Positions 29,195-37,878 of a stretch of DNA of 64,000 nucleotides are shown here, one piece after another. Position 1 is the first letter of the stretch, and each line of letters opens with the position of its first letter. The translations under genes and the position numbers were made by a program. Below the pieces are notes generated by a model that was given only the letters and a program-made list of their open reading frames with translations, was not told the origin of the DNA and searched no databases. Origin of the DNA: Nanobdellota archaeon (lineage in GTDB: Archaea > Nanobdellota > Nanobdellia > Woesearchaeales > CG1-02-33-12); NCBI GenBank assembly GCA_018819345.1, contig JAHJQG010000064.1, forward strand, positions 33 to 64,032, in the 5' to 3' direction.

Positions 29195-29233
29195 CGGAAA
29201 AATACCTCTTTTTTCTCGGAAATGCATATAAAA
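29195..29233 (+). promoter_or_regulatory. Island promoter motif, copy 3 (drives the Ubl2-E2-JAB-E1 operon)
   Basis: CGGAAA-AATACC-TCTTTTTTCT-CGGAAA-TGC-ATATAAAA. Confidence 0.75.
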
Positions 29234-29283
29234 AGAAAATCATTCTTATTACTTAAAAAATTAAAAATTTTTGGAGGTAAAAA

Positions 29284-29724
29284 ATGGCAGATGAAAATGA
29301 AACGTATGTTGCAAGTGTAAGAAGTGCTATGAACCAGAATGTTGACCCTCTTACAAAAGAGGTCACTGAAAAGTTAATTGAAGAGCCAAACTTAACTATT
29401 GGTGGAATTATAGACTACTTAATAAAAGATGATGGTTTTAATGATGAAGAAAAGGAAGTAATGAAAGGAGTAAAAAAAGAACTAGATGATTCAATGGCAG
29501 CTCCTGAGCGTCTATCTATAAAGGTATTAAATGAGGGGGGAGATGGATATAAATCTTTCACAAATCAAAGGGGAGAAATGACCCAAGTAATAAAAAAAAC
29601 AGATATAGCAAAAGACTATTTTGAACCAGGAACAATTGAAGAGACGCCATATAATGGGTTAAATTTAGAAGTACATTTTATGAGAAAAGCTGGATCTAGA
29701 TTAGATTACATTCTTTCAAAATAA
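29284..29724 (+). CDS. Putative ubiquitin-like protein 2, pro-form (..MRKAG137 then SRLDYILSK)
   Basis: First gene of the operon with E2-like, JAB and E1 genes; PNLTIGGII, TDIAKDYF and GLNLEVHFMRKAG align by eye with ubiquitin PSDTIENV, RTLSDYN and TLHLVLRLRGG; strong SD GGAGGT. Confidence 0.6.
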   Translation: MADENETYVASVRSAMNQNVDPLTKEVTEKLIEEPNLTIGGIIDYLIKDDGFNDEEKEVMKGVKKELDDSMAAPERLSIKVLNEGGDGYKSFTNQRGEMTQVIKKTDIAKDYFEPGTIEETPYNGLNLEVHFMRKAGSRLDYILSK

Positions 29725-29725
29725 G

Positions 29726-30970
29726 ATGAAACTGCCAAAATCTAGCTTTAGCAGCATTGCTGAAGAAGCTAAACTTTGCCTTATCTTAAATAATAGACTT
29801 TATACAGTTGAAGTAAGAGAAGAAAAAGGCAATAATTTTTTTTATTTTGCTAATAAAAAGTATTTATTGCAAGAGTCAGAAAGTCTTAAATCTATTGAAA
29901 GAATATACTTAAAAAACAATGAAATTGAATTTAAGTCAATTATTAATAACATATCAAAAAAAAGTTTAAAAGAAGATAACAACTTATTAAAAAAGGATAT
30001 ATTTGAATTACAAAAAAAATATGAACTCCTTGATTTTATAGTTAACAAAGTTTTTCCTCTCTATTCTAAAAACAAGAATAACATAAAATTGAAATCTAAA
30101 AACCAAAAACCAAATCAAAAATTAGAAGAAATTTTAAAACCAAAGATTGATAAACACAGGACTGAGAATCTTAAAGACGGCTTTGAATGCCTATTAAACA
30201 GGGATTATTCTATACTTGAAAAGAACATAATAAAAAATATTAATCTGCTTATATTTAATAGGAATATTTATATTACAAAAAAAATTCCAGAAAAAATTTA
30301 CAAAACAATAAGAAACAGATTTAGGATTAATAATATAAATTACTCATATAAATTCACTGGTTATTTAAAGGATTTAGAGAAAGAATACCTTAAAAATTTA
30401 TCAGATGAAATAACAAAATTTTCAAATCATAGTGGAAATCTTTTAAATGAAAAAATAAATTTGTTAAACAAAAAAAATAATTTTTCTGAGATAGTAAAAA
30501 AACAAATATACCAAGAAGGCCGCATTGGTTTTATTAAAAAAGGGCAAGACCATTATATTTTCCTTGAGCAAGAACCATTTGCTCTTAAATCAATTGATCA
30601 GTCTGATTATTATGTGTTTGAAAAATGTAAGGTTGGTGTTAAATTAAAATTAAATAATCATAAAATAGAACTTGAGTCACCTGTTGTAATTAATAAGTAT
30701 TCTCATCCCTTGCTTTCTGGCTTTGATATGCCAGAACAATATATTTGTACTGGAAACGGCATAAGTAGCAATGTGATAAATGATTTTAATGAAAAAAAAG
30801 ATTATGCTGGAATAGCATACTATCTTCTTAAAGTGGGAGGATTTGCTTTGAGGAACGGGTATTGTCCTGGAATGAATCCCCATCATCATCTAAATAGAAA
30901 CACCTTTTGTAATAATCTTACAACCCTTCAAGAAATAAACAAAAGAGGAGTTGTTGTTGAAAAACAGTGA
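29726..30970 (+). CDS. Putative E2-like (UBC fold) protein with long helical N-terminal region
   Basis: C-terminal KVGVKL...SPVVINKYSHPLL...YICTG followed by helix and NP, resembling the E2 P.V...HPN...IC motif; position between Ubl and JAB. Confidence 0.55.
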   Translation: MKLPKSSFSSIAEEAKLCLILNNRLYTVEVREEKGNNFFYFANKKYLLQESESLKSIERIYLKNNEIEFKSIINNISKKSLKEDNNLLKKDIFELQKKYELLDFIVNKVFPLYSKNKNNIKLKSKNQKPNQKLEEILKPKIDKHRTENLKDGFECLLNRDYSILEKNIIKNINLLIFNRNIYITKKIPEKIYKTIRNRFRINNINYSYKFTGYLKDLEKEYLKNLSDEITKFSNHSGNLLNEKINLLNKKNNFSEIVKKQIYQEGRIGFIKKGQDHYIFLEQEPFALKSIDQSDYYVFEKCKVGVKLKLNNHKIELESPVVINKYSHPLLSGFDMPEQYICTGNGISSNVINDFNEKKDYAGIAYYLLKVGGFALRNGYCPGMNPHHHLNRNTFCNNLTTLQEINKRGVVVEKQ

Positions 30971-30974
30971 TAAT

Positions 30975-31829
30975 ATGAAAAAATTAGAATATATACTTGA
31001 AAATAATTCAAAAGAAAAAATAGATGAATTGTTTAGTGATTTAAAGATTACTGATTATGCTTATAAAAAAATAAAAGCATATGCTTCTCTAGCCTGCATA
31101 ACTGCTAATGCATCAATTGAATGTGGTGGTTATTTAGTAGCTCTTAAAGAGGATCAGGATTATATTGTAAAGGATGTGTATTTGTCAAAAGATCAAAAAG
31201 TAACAGGCGTAGAATATATCGTTGATTCAGAGCCAGATATGGATTTTCTAAAAGAAATCAAGAATGATGGATATAAAGTAATGGGGTGGTGGCATAGTCA
31301 TGGAAGTATGAATCCTTTTCACTCTGGAACTGATGATGATACATTCAAGAGCATTTATTATAATATTTTTCCGTATAATAAAAAGGAATCAAGTAGAGAA
31401 ATAATTCCTCTTTCAGGAGATTCATTTAAAATTGAGCATCAAACTGATAAAACAGGAAATAATTATGTATTTTTTAAATCAAATAATTTTCTTGAAGATG
31501 TAATTGAGATGAAGGTAGGTAATAATTTTAAATTAAATGATATTGAAGTCAAAGAAATTAAAATAAAAAAATTCAGAGGTATTTCATTTGCATATAGTCT
31601 AGTTGTGAATCGTTTTTATTCTGCAGCACCTTATGCCGAAGTAGCTATCAAACACCCTAAGACTAAGGAAATTAAAATTAACAAGGGGGTTAAAGTAACG
31701 GAAATAATCTCCAATCCAATGTCCTTAGATTATGAGAAAATATTAGATGAAATAAAAACAAGAATCATCTACAAAGGAAAATTTTTGGGGGAAATAACAA
31801 ACAAATATGCAGAATCTGGGGTGATCTAA
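30975..31829 (+). CDS. JAB/MPN+ metallo-isopeptidase
   Basis: IECGG (Glu) and GWWHSHGSMNPFHSGTD (HxH...S..D). Confidence 0.9.
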   Translation: MKKLEYILENNSKEKIDELFSDLKITDYAYKKIKAYASLACITANASIECGGYLVALKEDQDYIVKDVYLSKDQKVTGVEYIVDSEPDMDFLKEIKNDGYKVMGWWHSHGSMNPFHSGTDDDTFKSIYYNIFPYNKKESSREIIPLSGDSFKIEHQTDKTGNNYVFFKSNNFLEDVIEMKVGNNFKLNDIEVKEIKIKKFRGISFAYSLVVNRFYSAAPYAEVAIKHPKTKEIKINKGVKVTEIISNPMSLDYEKILDEIKTRIIYKGKFLGEITNKYAESGVI

Positions 31830-33338
31830 ATTCCAGAGATAACAGATACACAAGAAAGAATAGAAGGATGGAATCAAAAAAAACTTGATGATTCTTTAGT
31901 AACAATAATTGGGGCTGGACCATTATCCAATTTTGTTTTATCAAATCTTGTTGGTCTGCAAGTTGGAAATATAAGGATAATTAATAATGAAGATTATACT
32001 AATAATTCTAATGAATTCTTATTTTTTGATTATTATAACAAAAAAGAAAAAGTTAGGAAAGTTAAGCATCTTGAAAAAATAATTATGCAAATGAATCCCA
32101 AAATAAGAGTTGGCGGATATTATTCTCCTCTTTTTTATGATTTAGTTGGCAAACCAAATATACTTATTGATCTTACAAATGACCCATGTTCAAAATTTAA
32201 GAGCATAAAGATTTCGGATAAATTGAAAATACCTTTTATTACTGCTTCTACAAGCAAGAATAAGGGCAAGGTGATGGTTTACACCCCTATGAGCAAGACA
32301 GAAAGAATAATTCTTTCTAAAAAGAACTATACGCAAAGCATAGATGAATATTTATTTCCTGATTTTGAAAATTGCCAACAGGGCAATATAACAAGCGGTC
32401 TGATTGCTGGATTAGTAACAGAGGAAATAAGAAAATCTGTAATTAAATTATATGATTATGATAAATTGATGAAAAAAGGAGTAACATACAACCTCCTGTC
32501 TAATAGGCGGTTCAAAGATGAATGTGAGATAACTCTTGGTATATCTGATTATCTGAATGAAAAAAACCTGTTTAAGAATAAAAAAGTTGCAATAATTGGT
32601 GCAGGTTCAATAGGAAATTTTGTTGGACTTGGTTTATCCCTAATGAATTTTGATAAGATATACTTAATTGATATGGATAAAATTGAGGAGAATAATAAGA
32701 ATAGGCAGATTCTTTACACTCTTGGGAATTATGTTGGTGAAAAAAAAGTTGAAATATTGTCTAGATTAATGAATAAAATAAATCCAACTACTCAATCTAT
32801 AGGAATTTATGGAAAATTAGGAAATAATCTTAATAAAGAAGAAAAAAGAAAACAAGTTAAATTAATTAATGAATCAGAATTTCTTAAGCTTGATTGTGAT
32901 TTGATTTTGGGTTGTCTTGATAATATTTCTGCAAGAGCATTTGCTAATAGGTTGGCTGTAAAAAACTCTATTCCTTACATAGATGGAGGAACTAGTCCTT
33001 TCTCTGGACAGGTAAGAGTCTATAGTCCTGGAAAAACAGCATGTTTAGATTGTCAGGAGAACATTTATTCTCAGGCAATTGAAGAGCAAAATAAAGAAGA
33101 AATTTCTGACCATTGTACTGCAAATGATCACGAGCCAAGTGTCGTCATGTCAAACCAGATAATTGGCGCAGCAATTCTGGGTGAGATAAGAACACTATTT
33201 TATCCGGAAGTTTATGGACAACCAGTGATGAATGGCATGCTATACAACTCTTTTGATCGAGATAGGCTTGTTTTGAATAAGATCAAATGTAAACCAAATA
33301 AAGATTGTCTTTGCAGTAAAAAATTTTATAATAAATAA
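31830..33338 (+). CDS. E1-like enzyme with tandem ThiF domains (degenerate N-terminal plus active C-terminal); probable ATT start
   Basis: Frame is open from ATT 31830 (IPEITDTQERIEGWNQKKLDDSLVTIIGAGPLSNF...). Second domain has GAGSIG, IDMD, NKNRQ, GCLDN, PYIDGG, CLDC, candidate catalytic Cys (DHCT) and C-terminal CLC. Confidence 0.88.
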   Translation: MPEITDTQERIEGWNQKKLDDSLVTIIGAGPLSNFVLSNLVGLQVGNIRIINNEDYTNNSNEFLFFDYYNKKEKVRKVKHLEKIIMQMNPKIRVGGYYSPLFYDLVGKPNILIDLTNDPCSKFKSIKISDKLKIPFITASTSKNKGKVMVYTPMSKTERIILSKKNYTQSIDEYLFPDFENCQQGNITSGLIAGLVTEEIRKSVIKLYDYDKLMKKGVTYNLLSNRRFKDECEITLGISDYLNEKNLFKNKKVAIIGAGSIGNFVGLGLSLMNFDKIYLIDMDKIEENNKNRQILYTLGNYVGEKKVEILSRLMNKINPTTQSIGIYGKLGNNLNKEEKRKQVKLINESEFLKLDCDLILGCLDNISARAFANRLAVKNSIPYIDGGTSPFSGQVRVYSPGKTACLDCQENIYSQAIEEQNKEEISDHCTANDHEPSVVMSNQIIGAAILGEIRTLFYPEVYGQPVMNGMLYNSFDRDRLVLNKIKCKPNKDCLCSKKFYNK

Positions 33339-33340
33339 AA

Positions 33341-35626
33341 ATGATAAATAAAATAAAAAATAAAAAATTAGTAGAAATAATTAGAAGAAGAAATGAAGAA
33401 AAAAATAAATTTAAGGATAATCATAAAAAAGAAAATTTGTTTAAGATTAAACCAATATTTAATAAAATAAAAATAAAAAAAAGTGCTTTATTAAAAGCAA
33501 ACTTCTATTCTACGATAGCACCAATATTATTTAATAAATCAGTAGAAGCGATGGGCTATTTAGTTGCACCAAAAGGAATCAATGAAGATGTTGTTAATGA
33601 TATCTATTTATCCCATAATCAAACGGTTACATCTTCAACATGTACTGGTGATCCTTCTTCTGAGATGAATTCATTCAAAAAAATTCAGAGTGAATGTTCC
33701 AAAATAATAGGATGGTGGCATAGTCATGGACTTGATTATGGGCCATTTCATTCTTTAACTGATGTAGAAACTTTTGAAGGAATTTCTTATAGCATATTTC
33801 CTAATAATAAGATTAGTATAGATAATTTTGTTGATATAAGTAATTTGGATGATAGTGCTGGTTTAAGTTATTCTCAAAAAGACGATAAGAATTATTTAAT
33901 GATAAATTCAGAGAATAATGATCCTATTTTCAGGTTATCAATAGGTAAAATCAATTCAGACATTGTGCCTCTTCTTAAAGATATCAAGATAAATAAAGTT
34001 GAAAAAGCAGATCCTATAAAAATTTCTTTTAGTTATAGCATGGTGACCAACAGCAAAAATATGCAGCCTTATTTAGAAGTTTCTTATAAATGTAAAGGAG
34101 ATGAAAAAATAAATTATGTAAAAGGAAAAGATGTTACTCTAGAGGTTATAGATGATGAAAAGCTTCAATTTGAAGATTACAAGAGATTAGTTGATGATGT
34201 GTCAAAAAGAGTCCACTATAACGGAAAACTTCCAACTAGGAATATATCAGACTATGAATTAAGAAAGATCATAAACGAAGTAGAAACAAGGGTTAATAAT
34301 TTTAATATGACTGTAGTTAAGCCTTCTGAAAAAAAGGAGGAAATTAATAAGAGTTTAGAAAGCATAGTGACAAAAACCCCTGAAGAAAAATTAAAAGACA
34401 AAGGTGAAGAACAAAAAACTGTGTATAAGAAAGACATTTTAAGTGAAGATGTAAAACAATTACAACCAGTAAAATATAAGGATAAGTTAGAGAATTTAGC
34501 TGAAGAGAAAAAAACTATTGAATCTCAAAGAGAAAAAGTTGTACACAAAATAAAAGATAATAACTTAGAGGAAATTTTAGATAAGTACAACAATCATAAA
34601 GAATTAACTCGAAAACAAATATGCAATGAATATAATATCAATAATTATACTCTTGACAAAATTCTAAGAGAAGCAGAAAATAAGGGTTATAGAATAGATA
34701 GAAGAGCAAATAAGATTTCTGATGAACATAAAGCAGATATTATTAATTTGTATAATAACACAAATGTTAAAGTTAAAGACTTACGCAATGAATTAAATAA
34801 AAACAGACAAGAAAATGAGCCAGAGAAAAAATTCAGCACATCTACACTTTACAGGATCCTTCATAAATATGAAAATAATGGAAATAATGTGAACTGGAGA
34901 AGGAAAAATAATAAAAAAGAGCCGCCAAATATAATTAGGTATAATCCTATCAATTACATAAGTAACATCTTAAAAGATTATTCTGCAAAAACAAAGGGTT
35001 TCATAAAAAGGGCTGTGCAAAAATATTGGAAAATTGGTCTTATAAGCGCATTATCCCTCGCAATAGGAGCTGGCTCACTGATGTATGCTACTCGTAAGCC
35101 AAACAAACAAATCAACTATACTGAACCAACTAAAAAAATAGAACAGATTATAGAAAAAGAAAATACTGCTCCTTTAGTTGTTTATAATCCTAATAACAAA
35201 GTAAATTATGCTGGAGAGGATATTACCCAACATATTGAAAATAACAAAACAGCTACAGACAATCAAGCTAACAAAAGAGAGTATATGATTCAGAAAGGGG
35301 ATACTCTTTGGGATATTATGGATAAAGAAACTGGAAAGCCAGGGTTATGGGAAATAGTTTATGCAACTAATGAAAGCACAGCAAGTAATCAAAATCAAAA
35401 AAACAGGCAGCAGAATATTAGGGAGTTTGGAAAAAAATACAATATAGAATCATTGAAAAATGCAGGAATTAATGGCTCTCTGAAGCCATATGAACTAAAA
35501 GACCAATGCAAAATTAAGGACAAAACCAAAATTGAATTGAGCAAAAGCATTTCTGATGATATATCCAAATTAAATCCTCAACTTCAAAAAGAATTTAACA
35601 AAATTTTCTACAAGGCTTCAGGTTAA
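33341..35626 (+). CDS. JAB peptidase - tandem HTH - TM - LysM fusion protein
   Basis: VEAMG and GWWHSHGLDYGPFHSLTD; LTRKQICNEYNINNYTLDKIL and FSTSTLYRIL; TM IGLISALSLAIGAGSLMYA; YMIQKGDTLWDI...LWEIVYATN. Confidence 0.8.
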   Translation: MINKIKNKKLVEIIRRRNEEKNKFKDNHKKENLFKIKPIFNKIKIKKSALLKANFYSTIAPILFNKSVEAMGYLVAPKGINEDVVNDIYLSHNQTVTSSTCTGDPSSEMNSFKKIQSECSKIIGWWHSHGLDYGPFHSLTDVETFEGISYSIFPNNKISIDNFVDISNLDDSAGLSYSQKDDKNYLMINSENNDPIFRLSIGKINSDIVPLLKDIKINKVEKADPIKISFSYSMVTNSKNMQPYLEVSYKCKGDEKINYVKGKDVTLEVIDDEKLQFEDYKRLVDDVSKRVHYNGKLPTRNISDYELRKIINEVETRVNNFNMTVVKPSEKKEEINKSLESIVTKTPEEKLKDKGEEQKTVYKKDILSEDVKQLQPVKYKDKLENLAEEKKTIESQREKVVHKIKDNNLEEILDKYNNHKELTRKQICNEYNINNYTLDKILREAENKGYRIDRRANKISDEHKADIINLYNNTNVKVKDLRNELNKNRQENEPEKKFSTSTLYRILHKYENNGNNVNWRRKNNKKEPPNIIRYNPINYISNILKDYSAKTKGFIKRAVQKYWKIGLISALSLAIGAGSLMYATRKPNKQINYTEPTKKIEQIIEKENTAPLVVYNPNNKVNYAGEDITQHIENNKTATDNQANKREYMIQKGDTLWDIMDKETGKPGLWEIVYATNESTASNQNQKNRQQNIREFGKKYNIESLKNAGINGSLKPYELKDQCKIKDKTKIELSKSISDDISKLNPQLQKEFNKIFYKASG

Positions 35627-35627
35627 A

Positions 35628-36320
35628 ATGGATTTGTGGGAAATAATAAACAAGAGAATAATAAGAAAATCACAAAAGAAAGATAATGATAGCCTTCTAA
35701 ACAGGATTAAAAAGCAGAATTCAGAAAATAAGTTGAAATGTATTAGGAAGAGCAACCAAAATACACACCTCATTGAAGAAATCAAAAAAGCTTATCATAA
35801 AAAAATTTTATATGTTCCTGATTTTAATATTGATGATATTAAAAAGGATTATAATTTTTTACTAACTGACAAAAGTGTTGAAAACCCCTTTATAATAAAT
35901 TCTGAACTTGTAAAGATAATTAAGGATTATACTGCTAATATAAAGAATGATGAGGAAAAAGCAAAAAGAATATTTAATTGGATACACCAAAATATAGAAT
36001 ATGATAACTTAAGGAATGATAATAGATATCAAAACTCAAAGGAAACTTTAGAGCATAGACTAGGAATTTGCGGCGAGATGGCTTTTTTATATATAACAAT
36101 GGCACGGGCAGCAGGGCTAAAGTCAAAATATGTAAGTGTTAAGGTTGACTGCGATAACATAAAAGTTAATCATGGATGTGCTGTGGTTTATGTTCAAAAT
36201 AATCCTATTCTTGTTGATCCTGCTTATAATAAGTTTGATATTCATCATAGGAAATACAGTATCTTAAATGATGATGATATCACTAAAAATTTTGTTTACT
36301 GGAGAAATGGAAAATCATAA
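35628..36320 (+). CDS. Transglutaminase-like (Cys-His-Asp) protein
   Basis: IFNWIHQNIEYD, GICGEMAFL..MARAAGL, NHGC, LVDPAY. Confidence 0.88.
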   Translation: MDLWEIINKRIIRKSQKKDNDSLLNRIKKQNSENKLKCIRKSNQNTHLIEEIKKAYHKKILYVPDFNIDDIKKDYNFLLTDKSVENPFIINSELVKIIKDYTANIKNDEEKAKRIFNWIHQNIEYDNLRNDNRYQNSKETLEHRLGICGEMAFLYITMARAAGLKSKYVSVKVDCDNIKVNHGCAVVYVQNNPILVDPAYNKFDIHHRKYSILNDDDITKNFVYWRNGKS

Positions 36321-36332
36321 AGGTGAATTAAG

Positions 36333-37877
36333 ATCAAAAAAGAAGATGAAAATCAATTTAACTCAGAGAAAAGTTTGGAAGAAAGAGTCAAATCAATAGT
36401 GAGCACTATAAAACCTGATTTTAAAAGGATCTCTGATGTAATTGAGGACAATGTAATCTTAAATTATTTTATTGATAACTTAAAAAAAGAAGTAACTCAA
36501 AGAGATATCAATTTTGCAGACTTAAGGAATATTATTTCATGTGACTATTACCTTAGATTTAACAAAAAAGACAAGAAAGAAATTATCCAATTGTTGAATA
36601 AACAGGATTCAAATGCATTAATTGATTATTGTACATTGGGTTTAATCAAAAAAGAAAAGCGCAGATACAATAAAAAACCAAGTGTGTCCAATCCCTTTTT
36701 AAAGTATTGTAATGATATGAATGTTGAAATTCTTTCTACATCTTATATAGGCTTATTAAAGAACAATGAAATAAAAAGCCTAATAAAACAATCTCATGAT
36801 ATAAAAGACTTAAAGGCAATAATTTTTATGGATGTTCTGATGCCAATGCTTGATAAAGCTCATTTAGAGAAAATAATTAATTCTGAACTGAATCCTGAAC
36901 AAAAAGCACTTGAATTTGCAAAGGAGTATCAGATTTGCAAAGACATGAAAAGAATCAAAGAAATATTTCTTAATTTAAATGAAGAAATAAAACATTTAGA
37001 GGGAGATTTTTTTAGATTAACTGGAAAGTCAGGTTTAGAGGAACTCCAAGCACTTGTTAATATAAGAAATAAGATAATCAGACACAAGGAAAAATACAAT
37101 AATCCTGAGCAGTACATAACAAATGCTCAATTATTGACAAAAGATATTCTTAATAATGATAATTCTTTAAATCATATGATAGAAGAAGGCATTGACAAAT
37201 CAAATTGCGTAAAGAAAGAGGTTGAAATCAATATAAAAAAGGAAATTGATGTCAGCTATTCAGAATATAAAAAAATAAATGATGACTTGTCTGAAGGAAG
37301 CTTTGAGTCATATTTATACAAAGATAAATTAAAAGAAAAAGAAAAAAATCTAAATAAAATAATTGAAGTGTTTGATTTTGCTGGTGATGAAAGGTTAGAT
37401 GAAGTATGGATGCTGAAAAAAACAGTTGAATCAAAAATAAAAACATTTGAGGATATAATTTATGAAAGATACCAGATAAATTCATACATCAAAAAGGTAA
37501 ATCAGCATAATAGTGTTCTTGAGGCAGCATTTCAGGATCAGGTTTTTGAAGAAGACATTTCTCTTTTGTGTGATGTAAAAAAGATTATTTCAACTAACTT
37601 AGAGTCATCTGTTTATCCTGAAAACAAAGCTATTCTTGAAGAATATAAATCACATTTACAGCAATTAAAAGAGTTATTTGATAAAAAAGTAATTAATGGT
37701 ATAAAAATAATAAATAAAAGTAGTTTTGATATGGAAGAAAAACATAATCTAAATGATAACAGCAAAAAAGGTTATCTTGGTTCTTTTGTAAGAAAGAAAA
37801 AATTTGAATCTGCTAAAAAGGAGTTATCAGAATATCGTAACCAGTTTAATAAAATTAAAGAATTAATCCAAACATAA
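36333..37877 (+). CDS. Large helical protein sharing a repeat unit with the downstream LysM protein
   Basis: Helical; EEDISLL segment resembles EDDISLL in 37879..39948; frame open to ATC 36333 after SD AGGTGA (track start TTG 36375). Confidence 0.65.
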   Translation: MKKEDENQFNSEKSLEERVKSIVSTIKPDFKRISDVIEDNVILNYFIDNLKKEVTQRDINFADLRNIISCDYYLRFNKKDKKEIIQLLNKQDSNALIDYCTLGLIKKEKRRYNKKPSVSNPFLKYCNDMNVEILSTSYIGLLKNNEIKSLIKQSHDIKDLKAIIFMDVLMPMLDKAHLEKIINSELNPEQKALEFAKEYQICKDMKRIKEIFLNLNEEIKHLEGDFFRLTGKSGLEELQALVNIRNKIIRHKEKYNNPEQYITNAQLLTKDILNNDNSLNHMIEEGIDKSNCVKKEVEINIKKEIDVSYSEYKKINDDLSEGSFESYLYKDKLKEKEKNLNKIIEVFDFAGDERLDEVWMLKKTVESKIKTFEDIIYERYQINSYIKKVNQHNSVLEAAFQDQVFEEDISLLCDVKKIISTNLESSVYPENKAILEEYKSHLQQLKELFDKKVINGIKIINKSSFDMEEKHNLNDNSKKGYLGSFVRKKKFESAKKELSEYRNQFNKIKELIQT

Positions 37878-37878
37878 A

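Noticed and set aside
30975-33338. JAB-E1 fusion by stop-codon readthrough (same frame, single TAA at 31827-31829)
   Set aside because: A strong SD sits 5 nt before ATT 31830, and the next residues look like a normal ThiF N-terminus. Independent initiation is simpler. A nonsense mutation or sequencing error cannot be fully excluded.
29284-33338. Ordinary sulfur-carrier (ThiS/MoaD/SAMP) system
   Set aside because: No thiamine, Moco or tRNA-thiolation genes nearby; the small proteins lack GG and are too long; an E2-like gene and a tandem-domain E1 are present
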